Source: Camelus dromedarius
Taxonomy: Eukaryota
Direction of reading: 5' to 3'
Length of the DNA stretch: 64,000 nucleotides
Assembly: GCF_036321535.1 (NCBI RefSeq)
Contig: NC_087452.1
Coordinates: 33,418,001 to 33,482,000 of the forward strand
In this document: positions 11,915 through 23,300 of the stretch, piece after piece
Layout: each line of letters opens with the position of its first letter
Numbering within the stretch: position 1 is the first letter of the stretch
Notes under the pieces: model-generated
Databases searched by the model: none
The model's input: only the letters and a program-made list of their open reading frames with translations
Told to the model about the DNA's origin: nothing
Program-made: the position numbers and the translations under genes

Positions 11915-13479
11915 AAAAAAGAGATCCAAGAACTGAAATCTGGATCCCTCAACAGTAAGAAGAACTGCAAAGAGGACTGAGGAGGGGTGGTCCATAAGGT
12001 AGGAGGAGAACCAAGAAAGGAAAGTGGAATACCGGAAGCCCAGAGAAGAAAGTGTTTTGAGAGAGGGAAAATAATCAGGTGCATCTGTTGCTGCTGCTGA
12101 GTGAAGTGAGATGATCCTGGAGGTCACTGGTGACCTTGAGGCAGCAGTATTGCTGGAGTAATAGAGGCAAAAGTCTAGTTGGAATGGGTCCCACTCTCAG
12201 AGGAGTCCTCTGTGGATGCCTTCTCGGGTTCCTGCTGAGGGCATGCAGAGCCTTAATTACTCTGGCCCTTTGTCAGATAAGGTGGTCCACACCTTGGTCT
12301 TCTGGGCTCTGACCCTTGCTGGGAACCATCACTCTTGATTGTCCTGATTAACAGGATTGGTGGCCTAGAAAATCCCAAAAGGTAAATGTTCTCCTGAATA
12401 ATGTTCCTTTGCAGATTATTCAAAGCACACTCTGTGTGGGGTAATGCTGCTGGCCAGTGGTACCCAACCCCCAATTACTCTGTGGTGCTCCAGGATCAGT
12501 GCAGGAGTGGCCACTATGCTAGTCTCTGGTCCTGCCTCCCTGTCTGTTTTGCACATTGAACTTCTGTAAAAGATTAATTTGAAGAAAGGATTCAATAGCT
12601 TACCACAAAGATGACACAAAGAAAAGCTTGAAAATCAGTTCTTTGGTTGTACATGCAGAAGCTGCCTGATAGGAACTGGGGGAGGGGTTGTCAGAGAGTG
12701 TTCTTGGACACAGACAAGCTGGGGCCACACAAATGCTAGTGATGGTGACGCTGTTTCTTTGCGATCACTCCTCTCATGAACGTTTTTGAGCACCTACTTC
12801 ATGCCAGGCTCAGGGTGGTGTCATTTGCCCAAGGTTGTAGAGCTAGTAAGGGACAGGCCTCAGTTATTCCCTGTGAACTCTGCTCCAGGAGGGCAGGGAT
12901 GGGGTCTGCTTTGCTCACACTAAAACCAGTCCCTCCCAGGCCCCTGCCCTGCCTGCAGTGACCTCCTCATGAGTCTGACTAGTCTTTGCTGCCCTTCTAA
13001 TCCAGCCAGCCAGCTCTCTCTCCCTTAAGGGGTCAGTGCCTCAGATGGAACCCCTCTCCTGTAGATTGTATGCTGCCTGCCAAATGAAGACCCTGCAGCC
13101 TGTCATTCAGGGGCCTTAGACGCTGACCCCAAGTGAGCCACCCAACTTTGTTATCCCTGACATCCCCTCATGGCCACCTCCACCTGGTCCTGAATGGGTG
13201 TAAGGACTGGGAGATCAGGCTGAGTTTGTCCTCAGTGTCCATCAAATGGGCACTGAGAAGTGACATGTTTATAGCTAGTTTTAATTGAAAAGGCAAGCCC
13301 CAGTGCCAAATTCCAAAGGTACAAAATGCAAGGAGAAAAGTAAGGCTCTAGCTTGAAGACAAGCCTGTTTGCTCCAACTCACTTCTTTCCTAGGAAGGGC
13401 CTAAATAGCAAAAAGAACTAATTAGTCAACTCGGTTTTAAGTGGAGAAATGTTCATGGCAGGATGTACAGTGGAAGAGA

Positions 13480-13680
13480 TCAGGATACAGAAGGATTTCA
13501 GTTCCCAGCTCCACCACTTCTTTCCTGTCATGCCCTTGAGCAGGGTACTCTCTGTCTCAGTTCCTTCATCTGTATAGTTAGCCTGACAAAAATGCCTGCC
13601 TCAGAGAGGAGTGATCAGAAGTAGATAAAAGTCCACATAAACTTACAATGCTACCTTGGCATTGAATAAGTGTTAGCTGC
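13480..13680 (+). mobile_element. MIR relic
   Basis: cagttcccagctccaccact...cccttgagcagggtact...ctcagttccttcatctgtata...gcctcagagagg matches the MIR core. Confidence 0.6.
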
Positions 13681-14074
13681 TATTATAAGTTTGTAAAAAA
13701 TACATACATATATTTTTTATATACATTTTTAGAGAAAGACTAGAAGGACATATACTAAAATGTGAGCAGTGAGAAATACTGGGAATGATGATTTATTCCT
13801 TTCTTTATACTTTTTTTGGTATTTTTTTTAAGTTTTCTACAATGACTAGATACCATGCATTCTTTCTTTTATAATCAGAAAAAGAACAGCACAATTCATT
13901 TTTTAGAAAGGAGTACTCAGAATCCATTCCCCAGAGGTTTGAATAGCTGGGTCCTGGTGAGGGGTACTTTCCTGTACTTAACCACTGTTAACTCTGCCAG
14001 TTACACCCCGCAAATAGCACCTTCCTCCTTACCCTCAACAATGTCTTTGTTTGCCCCACAGGAGAGCCCAGGGA

Positions 14075-17000
14075 ATGGCTGCTGACATACAGAGGAAGAG
14101 AAGTGGAGAATGCCCTGATGGCATGTTGGCTCCTTCTGATGGGCAGAGTGTGGAGAGAGCTGAGAGCCCCACACCAGGACTGGCCCAGGGAAGGGAGCCA
14201 GGTACGGGCAGGGAGCGCAGCCCAGCCAGCTGATGGCTGGAGCAGCCTCCAGGGCAATCGGGATTCCCAGCCACGCTTTCACTCCCACTCATTCACACAT
14301 GTGTTCACTCACTCACTGAATATTCGTCCTGTGCTGGGGATACTGCTGGGATCCAGGTTCAGTCTATATCCGGAATTCCTCTCCACTTCAGCCGCTTGCC
14401 CTGTGCTGTCTGGCTGCCAATGTGGGCTCTCCTCCTATTCCCTGTGTCTACAGTGTACCTCCCTGGCTCCTTCTCCCCACCTCAGCTCTCAACTTAAATG
14501 TCACCTCCTCACAAGGGAGGGCTGCTTTGACCATGCTCTGTACAGAATGCTAGTTATTTTGTAATTTTATTTGTCTATGTATGTATTGTCCATCTCGCTC
14601 ATCCACGGTTGTGAGCTCTTTAAGCACAAAGCAGTTGTATCCCCTGTACCTGGTGCAGTGCTAAACTCATAATAGAAACTCAAAATATATCTGTTGAACT
14701 CCTGTGTGAAAAAAAAATCGGTAAAGGAAGACTGATATGGTCCCTCCCTTGGGGGAGCTGGAGGTTAGTGAGACCATTACAGTGGAGCCATGGGTCTCTG
14801 AGCAGAATCGGGAAGCCTCCTCCCAGTGAGAGAGATTCGCTGAGCACAGGAGGTATTCCAAGCACAGGGCAAGTGCTGGGCACACAGCAGTGAACAACCA
14901 GGTTCCTGCCATCGAGGGGGATCCCCATGCAGTTGAGTAGAGGACAGTAACTGACAAGTGCCACAAGAGACATCAAGGATCAGGATATGATGGGGAGGTG
15001 AGGGTATAGCTCAAGTGGCAGAGCACATCCTTACAGTGCAGGAGGTCCTGGGTTCAATCCCCAGTACCTCCTTGAAAAACAAATAAGTAAACCTAATTAC
15101 CTCCCCCTCAAAAAAAAAAAAAAAAAAAACGGGTCAGGATATGATAGAGTGCTGAGGGTTGGTGGTCAGGTGATGGGGGCAACTAACATCTTTGCTGAGA
15201 GCTGAAGTGTGACAGGGAGCCGGCCTGCGAGGGGGTGGGAGCGCCTTCCAGGCTGAGGGAACAGGAGATGCAGAGGTTCTGAGATAGGTGGGGGTGTGTT
15301 AAGGGCATCCAAAGAGCAGGTGGGCAAAGGCCAGTGTGACTGAGATGGGCAAGGCCTGTGAGATGAGAGTGAGAGAGGCAGGCAGATACCAGCCGCCACT
15401 GCAGCCTGGAGGGTTCCGGATCTTATTCCCAGTGTGATGGGAGAAGACTGGCGCTGTAAGTCTCAGAGAGACATGACTTGCAGCAGACAGTAGCAGGAGG
15501 GAATGGTGGCTTGCCTTATCAGGACAGGCAGTCAAGCTTAAGAGCTGTATTGGGCACCTTGCTGGTGAGGTGGTCTGCCAGCAGCTACCGCTCTGAACAC
15601 CAGTGCTTTTGGCTGGCAGGTGCTGGGCAGGAGGGTGCCATGTTCGTCCATGCCCGTTCCTACGAGGACCTGACTGAATCAGAGGATGGGGCGGCTTCTG
15701 GGGAGAGCCCCAAGGAGGGTGCTGGGGGTCCCCCACCTCTGCCTGCAGACATGCGCCAGATCAGCCAGGACTTCAGTGAGCTGAGCACCCAGCTGACAGG
15801 TGTCGCCCGAGACCTGCAGGAGGAGATGCTTCCAGGAAGTTCTGAAGACTGGCCGGAGTCCCCAGGGGCAGCCGGGAGACCAGCCACAGAGCCCCCAAGG
15901 GAGGGCATTGGTGAAGGGGATGAGGAGGAGGCTGCCGAGGCATGGCGACTGCACCAGAAGCACGTCTTCGTGCTGAGTGAGGCGGGGAAGCCTGTGTACT
16001 CTCGTTATGGGTCAGAGGAGGCTCTTTCCAGCACCATGGGTGTCATGGTGGCCCTGGTGTCCTTTCTGGAGGCTGACAAGAATGCCATCCGTTCCATCCA
16101 TGCAGGTGAGCCACTTGGAGGAGGGTTCTGTTCTGGGAGGTGTCCCTGGCGAGGTTAATTCATAGCAGGTTTTGAACTCCCAGGAACTAGAGGGCTGGGA
16201 TGTACTATGTGACCGAGGGCAGTCCCTCCACCTCTCTGAGCCCCAGGTCCTCATCTGAACATGAGGTACAACACTGACTGCCTCATAGGGCTGTTGTGAG
16301 GGCCAAAGGTGGCTGGCACGTGGGCTTTGCTCTTGGAGAGGGTGAGAAGCCTGGGGAGGTGACCAAAACATCCCAGATTGTGAGCCCCACCCAGCTCTTG
16401 CCACTTAGCCCAAGAATGTTTGTTTTTCAGAAGTGCTTCCTGAGTTTTTTTTAAACTGGCCCCAGTCTGTGAAGCAAGTGGCAGGAACAGGCCTGGAGCC
16501 CTTGGGGAAAGGGGGCCCTTGGGCTTCTGTTTTTCTTTTCATCATCCTGAAGCCCCCACTGTGTGCAAGCTCTGAGGGAGGGTGGAGAGAATGTGGAAGG
16601 CGACATGCTGCATAGGAAGGCAGGGCTCTAAGGTTGCCTGGCCAGGCCAATCCCGGAGGGCTTCCCAGAGAGGGGCTGAAGCTGACACCACCCCCAATCC
16701 CCCCATCAGATGGCTACAAGGTAGTGTTCGTGCGCCGGAGCCCACTCGTGCTGGTGGCAGTGGCCCGCACGCGGCAGTCAGCGCAGGAACTGGCACAAGA
16801 GCTGCTCTACATCTACTACCAGATCCTGAGCCTCCTTACTGGCGCGCAGCTGAGCCACATCTTCCAGCAGAAGCAGAACTACGACCTGCGGCGTCTGCTC
16901 TCGGGCTCGGAGCGCATCACCGACAACCTGCTGCAGCTCATGGCGCGAGACCCCAGTTTCCTGATGGGAGCTGCGCGCTGCCTGCCCCTGGCGGCGGCCG

Positions 17001-18575
17001 TGCGCGATGTCGTGAGTGCCAGCCTGCAGCAGGCGCGTGCGCGCAGCCTCGTCTTCTCCATCCTGCTGGCGCGCAACCAACTCGTGGCGCTCGTGCGCCG
17101 CAAGGACCAGTTCCTGCACCCCATCGACCTGCACCTGCTCTTCAACCTCATAAGTTCCTCCTCATCCTTCCGCGAGGGCGAGGCTTGGACGCCAGTTTGC
17201 CTGCCCAAATTCAACGCAGCTGGCTTTTTCCACGCCCACATCTCTTACCTGGAGCCTGACACGGATCTCTGCCTGCTTCTAGTCTCCACCGACCGCGAGG
17301 ACTTCTTTGCAGTCTCTGACTGCCGCCGCCGTTTTCAGGAGCGCCTGCGGAAGCGCGGTGCCCACCTGGCACTGCGGGAGGCACTACGCACGCCATACTA
17401 CAGTGTTGCCCAAGTGGGCATCCCCGACCTGCGCCACTTCCTCTACAAATCAAAGAGCTCGGGACTCTTCACCAGGTGAGGGAAGGCCTTGCTTGAGGCG
17501 GACAGGGGTGTGGGGAGGGGGAGCTGGTTGGGCCTGAGTCCTGAAGCTGATGACCCCTCTGGGAATAGACCTACATGCTGTTTGTTTGACTCTGACACCT
17601 GGGAACCAGACTCCCTGTCACTCTACCCTACTTCCTACCAGCATATCCTCTATTTCATTCATTGCCCACAAAGCCTCAAAATACTGAGTATACCCAGGGA
17701 AGGAAGCTGGAACAGAGGTCTCCTGGGTTTTTTGGCCTGGAGCTGCTCTTTCTTAAGATAAGGTCATTTTGGTCTAGCCCAGGATGTAGAACTCTTCCTC
17801 TACTTCTTCCAACAGAGGGGCTGGAGCCAGATGTGGCAACTTCTATCCTCCCTTTACCCCTTTTGGTCCAGGTGGTTCCCAGCTCACTATTCCTCTACTT
17901 TAGACCTGTCACTCTGTCTTGGACACCTAAATTCAGACTGGCCTCTCCAGGAGAGTATCACCAAAGATGTCATGAACTTGAAGGAGATGGGAGAACAGGG
18001 CTCCAGTCTGAGAGTACCCAGCCCTATCCTGGGGACACTTCAGAGGTGGGGAAACAATACCTTGTCCTGGGGGAGCATTTGGAGGGTAGGACACATGGCA
18101 GAGTCTCCCTGGCTAGGAACAGGTGTTTCTGGATCTCCAGAGAAGCCAGTGGAAGTCACTCCTTTGCGAACCCACTCCCCCATCTCCAGCCCTGAGATTG
18201 AGGCCCCATACACCAGTGAAGAGGAGCAGGAGCGGCTGCTGGGCCTCTACCAGTACCTGCATAGCCGTGCCCACAATGCCTCCCGCCCACTCAAGACCAT
18301 CTACTACACGGGCCCCAACGAGAACCTCCTGGCCTGGGTAAGGTGGCCCTGGGGTGGGATGGGCTTCATTGGGGTCCTGGGCAAGAGCCACAAGTGGTGT
18401 CTAATAGGATGACCACCCTGTGCCCCTCTTCCAGGTGACAGGTGCCTTTGAGCTCTACATGTGCTACAGCCCCCTGGGGACCAAGGCGTCGGCCATCAGT
18501 GCCATCCATAAACTGATGCGCTGGATCCGCAAAGAAGAAGACCGCCTCTTCATCCTCACACCCCTCACCTACTGA
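14075..18575 (+). CDS. MON1A: Vacuolar fusion protein MON1 homolog A (subunit of the MON1-CCZ1 Rab7 GEF), 555 aa
   Basis: Coding exons 14075-14201, 15620-16105, 16710-17475, 18190-18337 and 18435-18575, all GT-AG, total 1668 nt = 555 aa + TGA. Peptides [41 protein letters not shown] and [10 protein letters not shown] are MON1A. Confidence 0.97.
14992..15129 (+). mobile_element. Young tRNA-derived SINE (vic-1-like), copy 3
   Basis: Same head and body, poly(A) tail at about 15110-15129, TSD tcaggatatgat at 14980-14991 and 15134-15145. Confidence 0.9.
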
Positions 18576-18695
18576 TGAGAATGTGTGGGGCTCAGCCCTC
18601 CTAAGCACACTGGGCTGTGGAAGCGATGGGAGCCTCCTGGTGGGGCTGGCCTCTCTTGCCCAGGCAGCAGGCAGGGACTGTGGGTTGGCATGTGC

Positions 18696-18701
18696 ATTAA
18701 A
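18696..18701 (+). terminator. Likely MON1A polyadenylation signal (ATTAAA)
   Basis: ATTAAA 120 nt after the stop codon, with T/G-rich sequence downstream. Confidence 0.6.
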
Positions 18702-21700
18702 GTGCTTTGGGAAAGATACTTCTTGGACCTTGTCACTGGTTCCTGCGCTCACCCACTCTCCCTCACATACAGACACTGCATCCTCCTCCCTAGACCCCGC
18801 CCAGGCTTCCCCATGCACAGGGCACATGCACAATTGAGCCTCTCTTCTCCCTCCCTTGTACAGCATGTGCTCAGGCTGCATGTGCTCAGAGTTGACCCCT
18901 GGGCTGGGGTTGTTTTCATTTAGCTGAAGTCTCCCACATGTAAAGTGTTTGCCAGTACCCCACTGGTAGTGCTGCCCCCCACCCCTGTGAAGCACCATCT
19001 CCATACTTGGTCTGAACCCCTAGTGCCTCCTCCTTACTCCTAGGTGGGACCCCCCAGCTACATGCCCTGAAGGACCACCCAACTATTTGAGAACCCTAGC
19101 TGTTGCTCTGCCCTTGGGCTGCTGTAGTTCAGCAGAGGCTGAGCTGAGTAAGATGGGGACACTCAGGTGGGGAGAGTCTGAGCCCAGGCATAGGTAGGAG
19201 CCCTTGGTGAGGTGGCCTAGTGTTCAGCACAGACAAATTCTGAGTCCGGCCTCTGGGGAAATTGTCCCAGCTTAGGCTTCCTCATGAAGGGCTGTGCACC
19301 TCAGTTCCCCTACCTCCAGCCAGCGCCTTCCTCAGAGTGGCCCCCAGGAGTGAGCTGGAGGGCCTGAAAGAAGACCCAGCTGACCTCTAGGGTAGGAGTG
19401 GACCCTGCTTTAAGAAGGGGTGTTGTCACTAGGTAGACCGGGACCTCTTCAGTCACTCTGTTCCCTGGCATGGCCCAGCCTACGTGTGTCACCATGGACA
19501 TCCCAGGAGGCTCGGCAGTGAAGGCCCAGCCCCATTAACCCTACCACAAGATGTTCTTTGAACAGAGCCCAAGGCACAGTGCAGAAAGCCTCTACCTTAC
19601 TGCTGGGGGGCTCTCACAATTCTGCCACAACTTAACCATCCCACTGGCCAGGGGAGCAAAAGGCCTAGGGAGTATTTATGCAAGAAGAGTGTCCATTGAA
19701 TATGGTCCTCAGACTAGAGTGAATCACCCTCATGCAGTCTCTGAGTGCTGGGCCAAGATACTCTGCCACTAAAACCAACCCTTGTTGGGCAATACTTGTG
19801 GGTGGCATGAGCCAAGTGTGGACTGGAATGGCTGTCCCAGGAAATGCGTATGGCAGCAGGCCATCTGCCCGGACCCCTAAAGCCCCTGTTGAGCAGCCAC
19901 AGGCTTGGTGGGTGCTGCTTCTGCCGCACATGTGCCCTGTGTCTCTTTTCTGTCTGCTTCCTGCTTCTATTCCTTCCCTTGCTCCTGGCCAGGACACCAA
20001 ACCACTGGCTCTGGGGCCAGGGCGATTCTGGGCCAGCTGCCTCTGACTGCTACTGGTGTTCTGGTCAGCGGTCAGCCCTTAGGTGTCCCTGTTAGCTGCC
20101 CAGATCCCTGTAGGGCTCTCAGCTTTTCTGCATTCAGCTCCTATTCTGGGGGTGGGGGTGGGAAGGGGCGGTCACAATTAGATGAATGTGTATACCTAGA
20201 ACAGTGGGCACCCAGGAGTGTGGGGTTTACTTGCCTGGGGAGCAAGGAAGGGATAACAGGCAAACAGGGAAGGTGTTCCTAGTGGAGGAAACAGCATGCG
20301 GAAAGAGATGAACCTGGTATGAAACCTGATGGGCTAAAGAACCTAGCATGACTAGTTTACAGAGAAGCTGGAGGAGTCTTTAAGGCCTAGGGTTTTTAGA
20401 CTCCAGGTAAAAATCTGGCAGTGGGGAGCCATTGAATGTTTTAAAGCTGCAGAGTGATGTGGTTACATTGTGGTTAGAGAGATTCCCCCTGCTGCCACAA
20501 AGATGATCTCTCTGGTTTGGAGAAAGAGGCTGGCACTACTTTTATGGAACAGTGTTTAGAGGGGGGTGAGAGCCCGAAGAGGGCAAGGTGGCTAACATTC
20601 CTTCAAGGTGACAAATGAAAGGGCAATTGAAAAGGTCCTAAGCTAAACATGGGCCAAGCCTTGGGAGTTCACCTTGGGGGAGCCCTTGTACTCGGCACCG
20701 CAAGGCAGCTGACCTCCCCCATGTGGCTTGCCTGCCTCCCTCCTGCAGACAAAGTGGATGAGGAAGGAGGAAGGGCACTCTTGGGATGCCCTCTGTCAAG
20801 GACTGAGGCTGCCTGAGATGCCCACCTGGGGCAGTCTGCAGCTTGACCACACGATGGCAGCAGAGAACCAACTTTGGCTGCTGCACCCTCCCACCTCCAA
20901 TGGCTGGGGTGATCAAGGAGGACCCCTGAAGTTTCCTCCCAAGCCCCAGAAGACTCTGTCCCAGTAACCTGAGGCGGGATGGGGGTCACAAGAACCTATG
21001 TCATGGCACTAGGCAGGGAATAGTTCATTTCAGTTTTGTCCTGCATGACTGTCTTTAGACGTGTTGACTGTGGAACAGGAATGGTGCCATAATTTTTGAT
21101 GGATGTTTATTCATTTCCGGGCCAATTCTGGTTAGAGAAGGGAGTGCCTTTTATGTTGCCCGAGGCACGGTATCTCCCAGCACTAGGTGTGGCCACCGGT
21201 GCTGTTTCCCCTCTGTCACCAGGTGCTCATTGAGCTCCAGCCTAGAGAGGTAGGGGAGTCTAGCATTAGGAATGGGGGAAGGTGGAGTCAGGTGTCCAGA
21301 GTGAACTGTGCTGGGGTAGGTGTAGCACAGGGTCTCTGGGATCCACAAAATGGACCTGGCACTGCCTGGACGAGGTAGGCTTCCTGGAGGAGATGCCACC
21401 TAAGCTGCAAGAGAAGAAAGGGAAAAGGGTGCTCCTGGAAGGAGGAACAAGGAGTATGGGCTGGGCGGCAAGTAAAGGAAAAACACTTAGGGTCAGGCTG
21501 AATCTTGTGGGGCTGAGGGCAACTCTGCCTACCAGCCACCTCACCCTCCAAAGCTCTGGGACTCACAGTTCACAGATCCCTCAGACCTCAGCCCAGGGCC
21601 ACCCTGTGAAGCTTTCCCTTCCTCCAGGCCCACCTGGCTGAAGGGACTGTCAGGTTGAGGATGTCCCCCAGGAGCCCCTCCAGTGTTAGGGGGGCCCTGG

Positions 21701-22539
21701 GAAGAGATGGCAAGAGCAGACCTAGGTTGCCTCCCCTACCCCTGCCCCACACATATCACAGCCTGGAGAGAGGACTCTGGGCAACCACCCAGTTAGAACT
21801 ATGTCCTCATTTCAGTACTGAGAGGCTGAGGCCCAGCATGGCTAACAGTGAAGGTTAGAGTTGCCCTCAGAGCCAAAAGCCCATGTTTCTCCCATATCAG
21901 GGGGGCACTGGAGCAGAGCCAGGAAGGAAGGCCAGCATTGTGCTGTTTTGTTGTCCCCAACTTATAGCTGCCACCTACTGAAGCAGCACTGGACAAAGTG
22001 AGCTAGGGTTGGGCCTCCACATAAGCATCTTCTCTTCTGAGTCTAACGTCCAGCCAGCAGGGCTAGCCCCATCTTTTAACTCCTACTGCCATGGGTGGGC
22101 AGGCTGCAATGGTCCGTCCTCTGACACCATCCTGTCGCTGACAGCCCCGGGCAGGCCCACAGAAGGATAGTCCCAGCCCACAGAGGGTAGTGCCACTCCT
22201 GGGGTCTCTCCACACCTCCACTCTGGTCCTCCACACATTCCTGGTCTCTGTTCCCCAGACGGTGGGTCCCTCAGGCCCTGCCCGGAAACCAGCGTCTGAG
22301 GATGTTGCTGTATCCTGGCTCCAAGAGAATAAAGAAGCCTGGTGGTCCTCAAACGCGCTGGGGCAGCCCTGGTCCTTCCTCATCTCTGCCCAGTCTTTGG
22401 GGGCGGGTCGGGACGGCTCAGATCTGTGTAACCTCTCTCCAGACCACTCCACGCACACCCACCCACAGGCCACTGAGGGGAAAAAAAGGCGCCCAAGAGT
22501 AGGTGTAGGACCCAGGCTTTCGAGGGCCAGGAGAGTCGG

Positions 22540-23300
22540 AAGGGCAGAGGGGCGGGGATAGGCCAGGCCTACAGCAGGCCCAGCCCACGGCCCCGCCCCC
22601 ATACCCCTGCCCGGCAAGCCCCGCCCGGGGCGCTCCGACAGACTTTGCTCCAAGCGCCGGCTGGGAGCGGCAGCTGGATCAGCAGGTGAGGCGGCTTTTC
22701 TGTTCCCTGTCGGTGAGTGTGTCTGCCCGCGTCAGGTGCTCAGACCCAAGGGCGGGGGCGAGCGGTGGGCATCTCAGAAGCCCTGGCGGGGTCAGCTGCC
22801 GGAGGGCTCTCAGGACCGGCACTCCCCACTGGTCCCAACACAGGATTCTAGTCGGCTTCCAGCCGGGCTCTGGCCTGCAGGAACCTCGCGGGGCCCCTTC
22901 TGGGCCTCGATGGAGCTCCACCCGCCACCTTTGCAGCCCTTCCTGTTACTACTGCTGTTGCTGCCGGCGGTGCCCACGACGGGTGGGTCCTGGCAGTGCC
23001 CGCGCGTCCCCTACGCTGCTTCCCGCGACTTTGAAGTGGAGTACTTGGTGCCCAGTTTCTCCGCCGGCGGTCCGGTACAGGCCGTGGCGACCTATGAGGG
23101 CGGCGGGGAAGAGAGTGCCATGTTTGTGGCCATACGCAATCGCCTGCACATGCTTGGGCCTGACCTGCAACCAATTGAGAGCCTGGCCACGGGCCCTGTC
23201 GGGGACCCAGACTGCCGGACGTGTGCGGCCTGTGGCCCGGGCCCCTACGGCCCGCGGGAGGATACAGATGCGCAGGTGCTAGTGCTGGAGCCAGCGCTGC
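22540..23300. promoter_or_regulatory. CpG island / MST1R promoter with multiple GC boxes
   Basis: ggggcgggg at about 22549, ccccgcccc at about 22592 and gccccgccc at about 22618. CpG-rich into exon 1. Confidence 0.75.

Larger units (their letters stand above)
9760..12190 (-). mobile_element. Long LINE-2 relic interrupted by younger insertions
   Basis: L2-like purine-rich text at about 9760-10375 and 11340-12190 (ggctttctctctgggtgaggtgggaccatt, gaatttgctgatggtttgg, ggaactcagtttgggacat). Boundaries are approximate. Confidence 0.6.

Noticed and set aside
18863-18889. Direct repeat gcatgtgctcag x2 as a p53 response element
   Set aside because: The flanks violate RRRCWWGYYY in both halves.
22063-22653. 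196-aa antisense ORF at the MST1R promoter
   Set aside because: Low-complexity CpG-island ORF with no domain or splice support.
22736-22909. In-frame 58-codon extension upstream of the MST1R ATG
   Set aside because: No ATG, and it would bury the signal peptide that starts at 22910.
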